From positions 806,001-870,000 of the forward strand of contig JADEYG010000015.1 in assembly GCA_016906335.1 (NCBI GenBank): a DNA stretch of 64,000 bases. Direction: 5' to 3'. This stretch comes from Novakomyces olei (taxonomy: Eukaryota). Positions 37,911 through 50,436 of the stretch are shown here, one piece after another. The notes under the pieces were generated by a model. It saw nothing but the letters and a program-made list of their open reading frames with translations, made no database searches and had not been told where the DNA came from. Every line of letters starts with the position of its first letter. Position 1 is the stretch's first letter. The translations under genes were made by a program, and so were the position numbers.

Positions 37911-40459
37911 ATGATGGCGAAGACTGCGGACTTTACAGCTTGGAACAAAGTCAACGGCATTCCGACAAATATAAAGCCTTCGAATACTCTGCATCGCGAG
38001 AATAGCATGGATATTCGCACAGTTGCGCAAACCGAAGTGAGAGGGCCTGATCCGTTAAAGCATGATCACAATCTGGGCTCAATCTCCAACGAGTTTACTG
38101 ATTCTGATTATCATCTGCGCTGTCAGTATGATGTCGGCCAAGTTTTGGGCGAAGGAGCTTTTGGCATTGTGAGAAGAGCGATACCACGTTACCCGTGTCG
38201 ACAACAAGTGGTATGCTTTTTATTTGTAAATTTTTGGTTAACATAAACAGGTGGCAATTAAAAGCATTTCGCTACAACCAGAAGTCAATCCGCATTACTA
38301 CATTGCTTTTGACGAAGTTGAGGTATCACTTTCACATACTTGTTCCAGCTTCTTTTTACGTTGTCTATGCATCCAATCTGCTTTGCTTGCCTTTTTCTTT
38401 CACCGTTGATTTTTTGTTTGTTTTTTTATCTCTCGTCCTTCAAATTTTAACGTCCATTTTCATTTTTTTTAATTTACTACGCCTCTGTTTTTTCTCTTAG
38501 CCGTTTGGTCTATTTTTGTCACACTTGTCTGACGTACAGTACTTGCAAAGAGCACCGGCTCACCCCAATATTATCCAGATGGTGGACTGCTTTATGAATC
38601 GGAACAACACGTTTCTCCATATGGTTCTTGAGTGTATGGATATGAGTCTCGATCATGTTATACGTCGACGTAAAGGCCGCCGTTTTAGCGAGAGGTCCAT
38701 ACAAGACATCTTGTACCAGCTGATAGATGGAATCAAGCATATTCACTCCTGCGGGTACTTTCACCGCGATATCAAGCCCGACAATATTCTGGTGACATTC
38801 CAGCGAGGCACAGAATCTTTACCATCCTCAACATCTTCTCGCTATTCGTCAAATCGAGCACTGACGCCTCCGCCACCAGTTCACCAGCGGACAAAGTATC
38901 TCATCAAAATTGCCGATTTTGGACTCGTTCGAAATGATAGAGACATTCGTCCACTGACTACTTATGTCTCCACTCGCTGGTACCGGGCTCCAGAGCTTCT
39001 TCTACGGAAGCCAAATTACCATCATCCTATCGACATCTTTGCTTGGGGTTGTGTTGCCTTTGAGCTAGTGCATTTAACTCCTCTTTTTCCCGCGCGGGAT
39101 GAACGTGAAATGGTTAAATACATGGTTTTGCTGTTGGGATCTCCCGGGCTCAGCATTAATCATCCATCAAACCCGGGGGACGCGTGGGATGAAGCGTACA
39201 CACTTGCACGTAACTTAAAACTGCCAATTTCGGGGTTCCCCGGACGTCTATCGGCCATCTTTGACCCGAGGTTCAGGGGCGAATTCTATGATCTTGTCCG
39301 GTCTGCCTTGACTTGGGATCCTGCGAAAAGAATAGATGCTGCCAGTATTAGCCATCACCATTACTTCGAAAAGATTTGGGGCACGAAGGCTTGCCATATG
39401 GGTGGCGATGCGGCGGATAATAGTGCAAATTTTGCAAACAGCAATTCGTATTACGTGCAAAATACTTTGCCTTCACCCAAGAGTGTGGGCATTTTGAGAC
39501 AAAAGCCTTGCCGTCTACTGCAAAGTGATGAGCAGCCTCAGGACCAGTCCTCTTTCTATACTCGTGTTCGAGTATCTGAAAGTTTTCCCGCTGACAGCAA
39601 AGACAATAATAATACTAGCAAGAACAAACATAGATTCGCAAGTGGTCAAATCGGGGCCAAAATTAGGGGTGAGAGCCATCGATCGGTGGCTGAAAGTGAT
39701 AGCTTGGCAGCCGCTTGTGGGCCTTCATTTGACAAGTCTACTATTTCGTCTACCGAGTTCCATAAAGGAGACGAAAAGGAGGAGGAAACAAACAGAAGCG
39801 ATCACTCTAGTCCACTGCACTTTAAGGTTCCTCTTCCTGCACATTTGAGAAAGCCTCAGCCTCAGGATTCAAAACGTCCGTCTCTTGCTGCTGTCTTTGG
39901 ATCTAGTATTGCAAACTCGCAAGCTGCACGTGCGGAACGGTACAGCCCGTCAGTGAGTCTCAGGAAATCGTCAACAATCAACTACTTTGAAATGCGTCAA
40001 ATCGAAGAGGCCAGAGCCACAAATCAGGGACGCAAAGCGGAGCGGCCCGTACAGAATGAAAGCGAGCTTTGCCATTCTGGAGGTCGAAGAACTCACTCGC
40101 GCCTCAATTCTTTTGGAAAATTCTTCCGTAATTTCAGTCGTCAAGTGCGAGATACAAGCAAGGAGCCACCTGCAGACTTGTTGCCAACTAACTTTGCGTG
40201 TAAAGAGTCTTCCTGCCGGCAAAAACAGGATAATACTTCAAAGTATACGCAACAATATATCCAAGACGGGAAAATAAAAGAAACTACCTTGGACCAGGAG
40301 ATTAGAGGTGGGCCAATCGACGAGCTTGTTTCGACTCGCACCAAGAAACCGTCACCTCAGGGCAATTTACCAAAGCCTCCATATACTAACAAAATTGGAG
40401 GGTACCCGATGGTTCGTTCTTCTGCGAGGCTGTGGAGTCAGATTAGTGAGACGTTTTGA
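37911..40459 (+). CDS. Ime2/Mde3/Pit1 (MAK/RCK) family Ser/Thr kinase
   Basis: LGEGAFGIV, VAIK, HPNIIQ, YFHRDIKPDNIL, KIADFGL and activation loop LTTYVSTRWYRAPE; two introns; long disordered C-terminus. Confidence 0.92.
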
Positions 40460-42629
40460 GGCTTTGAGAACCCATTTCATATCGCAAATGAACCCTTGGA
40501 TGAGACAAATGTTGCTTGACATTGACTTTTTGGAATAAAGAGGGGCAAAATGGGCGAGAGGGAACTGGGAACACTTTATTTTATTTTCTTGTTGAAATTT
40601 CATTGGCATTACAGCAGCTACATTATTCTATATATATTAGTAGCAATGCATACCAATAGGCAAGCTCCATAATGATATTTATTGTATATACAAACAACTA
40701 ATCTGATCTATATTCTGATACAACTTAAGCAAAGAGGACCTTTTGTGTAGAATTAAGCAAGTTAGATGAATGCAAATACTGCTCGACAATAAGATATCAA
40801 GCAAAAATGGAAGCGAATATGAAATAAATTTGTTGTGCTGTGTTTAAAAGTCTTACAATCTACAGTCTACTGGAAGATTTGACAGGCAGATTTGGGGGAA
40901 CAGAAATACATTAACAAAAACCCAATACGCAAAAGCAGATATAATGATACGTATCTTTTCTCGTGTGTTGCAACGCCATGATCGACAAGAGGCTCGTCGT
41001 CATGGCGTTCTGCGCTCAAGGGCACTGGCCGAAACCAGGCAAAGTCATCTCGACGAGCTAAGCTCGCCCAGTGGCGTAGTGCGTTCAAAAAGATCAAAAT
41101 AAAGCTTTGGGTGAGCCTAAAAGGCCAGGAAGTTTGTAAGCGTTTGAAGATGCCCCAACACATCGTAGAGAGTTGTTCGTCACATAGCACACATTCAGAG
41201 TCACGAGGTATGTCAGACCGTTGGTTTTGGGCGAGGATCAAAAAGCGGGGCCCCGCCTATTTATACTTTAATGGGGCGGCCGCCAACGGCTGCTTACTAA
41301 TAGACGTTGGGATCTAGATTGCGGTCTATTAACGGCCGAAACCTGGGATGTCAGATGCCCGTGAGAATCCACAGCACATTGACTGGAATGCGTGAATCAC
41401 AACACGGTCACGTGACTCAAAGAGTAGCAAACAAGTATTGATACATCCAAGACCATATTTTACGTTCAAGAGATGATATGGAGTATTGAAAATCAAATTC
41501 CTTTTCTCATCATATTAATCATTCTGGTGTCCCGCGTGTACTTGTTAGCATTGTTCAGACATAATTCACCAAAGGACACCAAAAGATACGCAAATGTGGC
41601 AATATACGTAGGCATGGTCCTTTCTAAATAGAAAAAAAATAGCAATATGACCTTTCTCTGTAAAGCAGTTGAGTACAATATGTCACTTTTCGATGGGGGC
41701 ATTTGTATCTGTGGATAATTTCTGATAATGATCCGGCAAACAATTCAGCCTACAAGACTTGTCTACGGACAATGCATTTGCGTAGCTAATCGTAATTGTT
41801 TGGTGATCATTAGCTCCTTTATTTATTGTACCAGATTGGATAGATTTGCGCGAGCGCACTCATAAATGACTGACTGCACTTTTTAAATTTTTCCGCAGCG
41901 CGATAAGAATACACTTGATTATGACTTCCCATCCGAATTCAGTGCCGCTGGTCGCCAGAAGCCGCAGGATTCGGAGTTGGCGGAGCAGAAGTCGAAGCAC
42001 TAGAAGAAGTGCCAGCTTCCCGTTTCAAAAAGCTAATGAATTGGCTAGATACCGATTCGCCTCTACTATTGTCTGACAGAACCGAATTAAAATTCAAGCG
42101 GGTATTTTGTATGAAGAACCGAACAGGTAGAGGCCACTTTCAATTCCCGTATCAAGGCCAAAATGTACATATACCAACTAATAGAACGATAGCAATTCGA
42201 GAAAGCTGTTCATCTATTAGGCTTTTACACATCTACAGTAGCTTAGACGATAGGATTTGGGGAGAACAGAAATACATTAACAAAAATCCAATACGCAAAA
42301 GCAGATATAATCTGTATTGGACACGACTACTTACCAAATAAATTACTGTCTAGGCCACGGTCCGGTCTACTAAGGGTGCTGTCCGGAATGATAAAGGATG
42401 TGTGAGAATTGCCCGGTCGCGGGATACAACGCGTTCAATTGCAGATTGGTTGCTATAATATATGAACAAATAAATAAGTAAATAAATAAATAAATAAATA
42501 ATTGAATAAGAGCAAAATAAGCATCAAATTTACACAATAAAAATATATGGTATGATATGATATGATATGCATCTACTGTAGTTGTTCACCAGGATCAGTT
42601 TGGTCCACCCAGTTCATTGTATCCTTTTG

Positions 42630-44152
42630 TTATTGCCTTCTCTTTCTTTGGTGATATAGCCGTGAGCCCGCAATCAAAGCAGCTCCAACGAAGGTAATGA
42701 CAGCGTCGTAGGCAAGTAATGCTGTCCACCTGAACGAGTCATCATTTTTGTGTCCCATGACACCGCTACTAATAGGCAGGCCAATGAGGCAGGAGAAGGA
42801 TACGATGAAGAAGGCAGCACCAATGCGGCGCCCATACAGATCGATATCATCTGTGAATAAGACAATACTTGGCGTGAACAGGCAGCCAAATGCGCTAGAT
42901 GTCATTCCATAAACAACGGAAGATACAAGAAAAGGTATCGGCTTTTCCGTCCGATTCCAGCATATACCGAGTACTGCACTGGCGGAAATGCTCAGGGCTA
43001 GAGTATATATCGGATCAAACCTTTAAACAAGAATCAGAATTGGAAAAGAAAAGACATTGATCAAAACTGCAAATTAAGAAGCGTACGGAAACGCAAAGCG
43101 TGATAAACGCGGAAATGTGCGTTATACTCAAGCAGGAAAATGGAATAAAGTGTTGTTGATTTCGGTCTTACCATTGTGCCGTTGGACCTGTCAGTAGTCG
43201 GCCCAGGAGGGCTCCTCCGTTAGTAGCAATTACGACATAGTTTGTCGTGTACGTCGGAAACTTGTGAGTATGCGAATATACTTCAGCAAGAAACACGGGA
43301 CTTGACGCAAATTAGAAAAATAAATTGCTTTATACGTACGCACTTGAAAAGAGCAAGAAGAGCTATGAGAGAGCCAAGGCAAAACATCAGATAAGGCATG
43401 TCGTGGAATATAGTCTTGTCGATCACCGGTGAAAGCTTTACAGGAATATGTCGCCGCCGCATTAGACAACCGGAAACAAAAAGGATGAGCCCATTGGTGA
43501 GGGCCAGATAGCGCATGGAAGTGCTCCATGAAAACTTGTGGAAGAAATGATGGAGCAGAAACGGATAAAAAATTCCTCCAAGCGAAGAGCCCGTAGCGAC
43601 CAAACTGGAGGCCACTGAACGTCTCCGACGAAACCATTGGGATAAGAGAGAAAGCGAAGGCGATACGAGAAGTCCGTTTGCAAAACCGACACATAATCCG
43701 ATTGTGAAGAAAAGGGGGATAAACCCGCTTAAAAAGGAGGCGAGAAAGAATCCCAGGACGTGTAAGATGGAGCCAGCTATAAACATATGGTAAAATTTGC
43801 CAGAATCGAAAAGCCAGCCTGCATACAACCCTGCTGAATATACAGCAAAGGCCTGCATTGAACCCACCCAAGTGACAGATGAAGAGGACAAATTATGTAA
43901 TTCATGGCTGATCAAATAGTTGTAAAATGTGCCAAATGTCATGAGCAATCCCAATGTTGGTATCATTACCATGGTCGCCCCTATCGCAATGACCCAAGCA
44001 TAGCCCTGATCGCAAACAAGTTCTGGGACCTCATTTTCTGGCCTGGGATCAGGGGGCGCTGCACCGACGGCATCATCTTTCTCATTCTCAATGGTCACGG
44101 TTACAGTCTGCTCTTCTTTTGACATTTGGCCAGAAACACTAGGCGAAACCAT
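42630..44152 (-). CDS. MFS monocarboxylate-porter family (Mch-like) transporter
   Basis: DQGYAWV, TFGTFYNYL, SSVTWVGSMQ, GWLFDSG, SQWFRRRRSVA...GSSLGGIFYP, LLGRL, YGRRIG; two introns join in frame. Confidence 0.9.
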
Positions 44153-45534
44153 TTGCGTAAGAGTGTTGTGTGTGAGGAGGAAGCTACTGACGGGTTTGAA
44201 TATCTCGGAAAGGCCAATGCCAATTTTGAAATTGATTTAAGATTTGGTAAATCGTCTAGTGATACATTGACTATTATTTCTATTTTGTCCTTATTATTTT
44301 AGCCTGGTTGCAGTGGCTAGTTGATAAGTGCATACAATCTATAGGGGGGCATTAAACTTTTGATGTTTTCCTATTTGAGTCGGTTTTGGGAAGGCCACTC
44401 GCTTAATTTAAGCGAAAAAGTGCATAAGCCAAATATAAGTAATCAAATACCCGATGATTACATAAAAAAGCCTTATGTTGGATTTAACCAGACGAAGAAC
44501 AAGAATAGCACTATGCTGATTATACACAGTGACAGAGAGACAAGCGGTCGCACAAAAGCTATGTTGATCGTATACACAACACACCTCTTAAAATTTTAGG
44601 ATTATTAAACATTTAAATGTTTCAGTGTTTTAGCAATAACAAAAATGTCAACATAAGTACAGATTTATTCAATATTTTAAATACCCTGCAATATTAGTTA
44701 TAAAACTGGTGATTTTTTATTGACCAAGGCATTTTAATGAAAGTAATGTATAAATTACAATAGGTTTGTGTTTATCATTAGGTAGTGTGGCAAAATCGGT
44801 TCTAGTTCCCTTAGATAATGGCCAACAGAATCAATGGTAGCACCAACACCAACGTTTGCTTTATAAGATGCAACAACTCCGGTTTTTGCTAGTGTATGTT
44901 TCTTAATGTAATCTTCATAGATAATAGAATTAAATTTTGCTCTTAATAATAATGGCTCATTGGTGGTTCAGTAGGAGTTTAACGAAAAACTATGAATAGT
45001 ACTTGTAGCAAAAGGTTACATTTGGGTTGCTTCAGTTAGCACATCAGAATAAAATTGGTCAAGTCCAGTGTCAGTCGCATATATTGTCACTATATTTTGG
45101 ATATAAACCTCGCCAATAACAATCAAAAATAACTCCTCGTGGTAGAAGATAATGTTTGCCAAGTCCAACAATTGGACTATAGAATATGATGTAATCCGTT
45201 TATTTATAAAATTTTACAGCTATCTCACACCACGAGGCAAGTGTTGAACTTTTTTTATTATAATATAAATGCAGACGTAATTCATAGGAATAACGCCCCT
45301 ATTAAGCACAAGTGCAACCGGAAACCACCGTAAAATGTCCGCAGAATACTAAACCGCGGTCCACAGATTATTCTTATGTATGTATAAATAAAACAGATTA
45401 AATAACAAGCAATTATCGCATGTTGAGAGGCGACGAGTTTTGGAGTCATAAACTTCAGAACAGTGAAACGACGAAGCAAGATCAGCAACCGGCAAAAGTA
45501 ATATAACGTTCACCAATTCTGCAGTAAACTCCCT

Positions 45535-46996
<1,462 letters not shown>

Positions 46997-47284
46997 TCAA
47001 AAAATTTTGTAGTTATTAGTAGTCTTAGGAAAACTTCGTTTTAATTTTCCCCCTTTGAATTCAGTATAGACGAGATCAGCACCTTATTCAAGTAAAGCTT
47101 ATAGTTAGTAAAGGGCGGCTTTAATATGTTCAAATAATTCAATTCTATTTATCAACTAATAATAATAAAAATAAATAATATTAATTGTTTATTATATAAA
47201 GATATTTAATATAATTAAAAGTGCAAAAAGCAATCAGAGGTGCGTATCCTTATATGTTCTTAATTACATAAGAAAAAAAGGAGA

Positions 47285-47366
47285 CGTCAGTAACAGGACT
47301 CGAACCTGTGAGGGCAGAGCCCATGAGATTTCTAATCTCACCCAGTAACCACTGTGGCACACTGAC
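47285..47366 (-). tRNA. tRNA-Ser (anticodon AGA), intronless
   Basis: Minus strand GTCAGTG-TG-CCA..TGG-G-TGAGA TTAGAAA TCTCA-T-GGGC TCT GCCC-TC-ACAGG TTCGAGT CCTGT-TACTGAC-G: all stems pair, long variable arm, G73, T-run downstream. Confidence 0.93.
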
Positions 47367-47819
47367 ATTATTTAGTTGGACCATCCGACCCGATATTATG
47401 ACAGAAAACGTTTGATTTAATTTATAGCGGATATTATTTTGCTATTTCAAGCCTATCGCTCTATATCATTTTAGTCGAAGTCGACGTGCGGGCGCACAGT
47501 CTATAGAAACATCAACCAAAGATCAATTATAATTTAATGATTGCAATTGCGAGCCCTACAAGCCTGTTTTAGCCCGTTGTATAGCTCAACCGGTTTAGTT
47601 CAGATTGTCTGCTTAAAGCGATACTCAAAATGAGCGCCCAAGATAATCCCTATAGTTTAATTTGTAGTAATGCAAAATACGAGCTTTGCGAAAGCATTCC
47701 AGATGCTTGCAAATTTTAAAGTTAAGAGTATGCTTTTCATCGTCCGATTGAGAGCGGCCATAAAAGCCGGACCAAATTTCAACAAAATTGTGAGCCGAAC
47801 CATACACAAAGTCGCGAAA

Positions 47820-49882
47820 ATGGCATCTAATTTCAGCATAGGCTACCCAACAGCGCCTCAAGACGCGAGCGCGTTTGTGCAATACTTTCCCGATCGCAGT
47901 GTGCCAGACCCTTTTCGGCCTTTAGAAGATCTAAACAGTGAAGTGACGGCGGCGTTTGTGGACGAACAGAATCGCATCACTAGTCGGAGTGATGATAACG
48001 CGGACGCTAAACAGAATTCTGGATTGTATTTTCGTCGTTTAGGTGACGAACAGAGTAATGATATTTCTGATTTAAATCTTGAAATAGATGCGCCACGCTC
48101 GGTTTTGGTCTCACATGATGGAGACTATGTCGTGGTAACCGAATGCCAAAGGAAAGAAGCGAACTGCCGGCTTTATATAGCAGACTTGCGCGGGAAACAG
48201 GACCATTTATCTGAAGAAAATCTTAACTTTATCCTTCTCGCTCACGGTGACATTCACTCATACATTACGAATGAAGGTTCAAAATTTTTTTTAGGACCAA
48301 AGAAGGCGCCCCAAGATCGAAACTAGTAGTTATAGATTTCCAAAACATTGAAGAGGTACAAATCGGTTTTAAATTATCCTCTAATTCTCCTATGAATTTG
48401 GCTCCTTGCGATAAATTGATTGTGTGCCTGATAGGATAACTGACTTCGACAGGGGGTTTCCGACGTTATCCCTGAGGACGAAATCCGTGTGCTGGACGGA
48501 CTTTATTGCGTGCGTGACAATATTTTGATTGCGCTCTATGATCATGATATCAAACACAAGATATCTCTATGGGACTTGAATGGGAATGAGCTCGAGTCTC
48601 CGATCTCCCCATCGGCATCATGAGTGTCACGGCAAGGCACAATGCTTTCATTTTTTTCATCAGTGTTGAATCTTTTCTTGCGCCAACCGAGATATATAAA
48701 TACGAGTTTGCAGAGAGAGAGCAAAATAGCCTTCTTGATGCACGACCGGGTTCACTAAGTCTCTTCAAAAAAACCAACGTGAAGGGCCTTGATTCTCATG
48801 ATTACGTTAGTAAGCAGGTAAGAGGTTTTTACACAAATGTACTCTGACTAGCAACAGATTTTCTACGAGTCAGCAGACGGTACGAAGGTGCCAATGTTTA
48901 TCAATCATCATAAGTCAATTTCGTTGGATGATAATTCTCCTACCTTACTCTATGCTTACGACGAATTCAGCCTCAATCTTTTGCCGAGTTATTCTCCTTT
49001 ATGGTAAGATTGCCCTTTAAACCAAGATCATTAACCCAAGCAGGACCGCATGGATGAAATATTTCGGCGGTATTTTGGCAGTGGCAAACATCCGCGGAGG
49101 TGGCGAGTATGGCGCGGATTGGCACAAAGCAGCAAAAAATTTCAAACGACAGAATGAATTGTATGTGTTGCATTTATTCTTTTGCCTTATATCTTCATTT
49201 GCTGTTTCTGGTTTTCTAGTCTAATTCTAATTCTAATTTAATTCTTTTTTATTTTTCATTATTTTTTTTTTATTTTTCAAAAATATATTGGGTAAGTCGC
49301 TAAATGTCAGTGATGATTTCCAGTGTGCTTCCTGCTATCTTCAATCAAAAGGCTATTTAATCCCGAAACGTACGGCCATCAATGGTGGGGGCCTACTTTG
49401 CGCTGTTTGTTTGAATCAAGCTCCGGAGCTTTATGGATCGGTGACTACAGACGTGGGCGTAATGGATGCTACGATTCCAAAGGCATAGCACTGGATGTAC
49501 AAGTACAAGTACAAGTGAGTTTGGGAATCCGGAAGAATCAATAGAATTGTTTGATTTATTCAAAGTATGCCTATCTCTTGTATTTGAGAAATTAATGATT
49601 TAAGGTTATTCGCCGCTGCACAATGTATCACCTACAAAGGAGTACCCAACGGTTGTGCTAATGACTTCTGAGCACGACGACGACATGGTTACTGCGCACT
49701 CGCTCAAGTTTATTGCACAGCTCCATCACACAAAGCCAAATAATCCAAATCCTCTATTTGCTCGAATCAGAAAGAACTTCCTACATTGTAAGGTAATGCA
49801 GAGAAATTTTGGGTTTGAAGCAACAGTTGAAAATTTGGCTGTTTTATCACTGGCTTTAAAGGCACAGTTTAAAGATGCTTAG
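47820..49882 (+). pseudogene. Prolyl oligopeptidase (S9A) pseudogene
   Basis: POP motifs VPDPFRPLED, QIFYESADGTKVPMFI, ANIRGGGEYG..WH, FDDF, YSPLHNV and SEHDD...HSLKF. Lesions: GxSNGG reduced to NGGGLL, frameshifts near 48290, 48600 and 49467, and a shortened beta-propeller. Confidence 0.85.
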
Positions 49883-50436
49883 ACCTATAAAGTGAATCCC
49901 TAATGCCTCAATGCACTAGACGGTGTGCTCTGCATCTACATCTTATTTTAGTCGCAATAGACATTTCATTGCGAATTGAATAAGTTTACATCCGTCGCTC
50001 TCAGTCTGAACTTTTGAAAGCGCAGCAATGACTCGCGCGGATTGCAAAGATCGATTAAGCAATGCAAGCATGAAGATTCGCATAACGTACTTTTTACCAC
50101 AATATTCAACGTGACGGACAAGATTAATAGTGCTTTGTCATATTATTATGACACTATCTCATAAGCGCTCGATTTTTATATGATAATACTATTCTCTCAA
50201 GTAAGCAGTGCACGCGTTCCCGGTCCTCGGTAATAAGCGAAAGAAGTTACGCACTCTATATTACAAGTAAACGTTTTGCCTCGTGATAATACTATTATAA
50301 ATTGAATAAAGTCAGACATCCCCGGAAAAATGAATATTCAAAAAATTTGACATGTATGGTAAAATTCCCATAAGATTTGATTTGAGCACCTTTTACTATA
50401 ATATATGCATTGCGCCGACGGTAGATCGCATCTGCA

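Noticed and set aside
41240-41300. RNase MRP/P RNA or TPP riboswitch
   Set aside because: AATGGGGC resembles part of P4, but the GGGGCTTA end, the 5' P4 strand and the TPP core motifs are absent.
47400-50400. RiPP (MSDIN-like) precursor near the prolyl oligopeptidase
   Set aside because: No MSDIN-like or repetitive precursor was seen, and the POP lacks its catalytic Ser.
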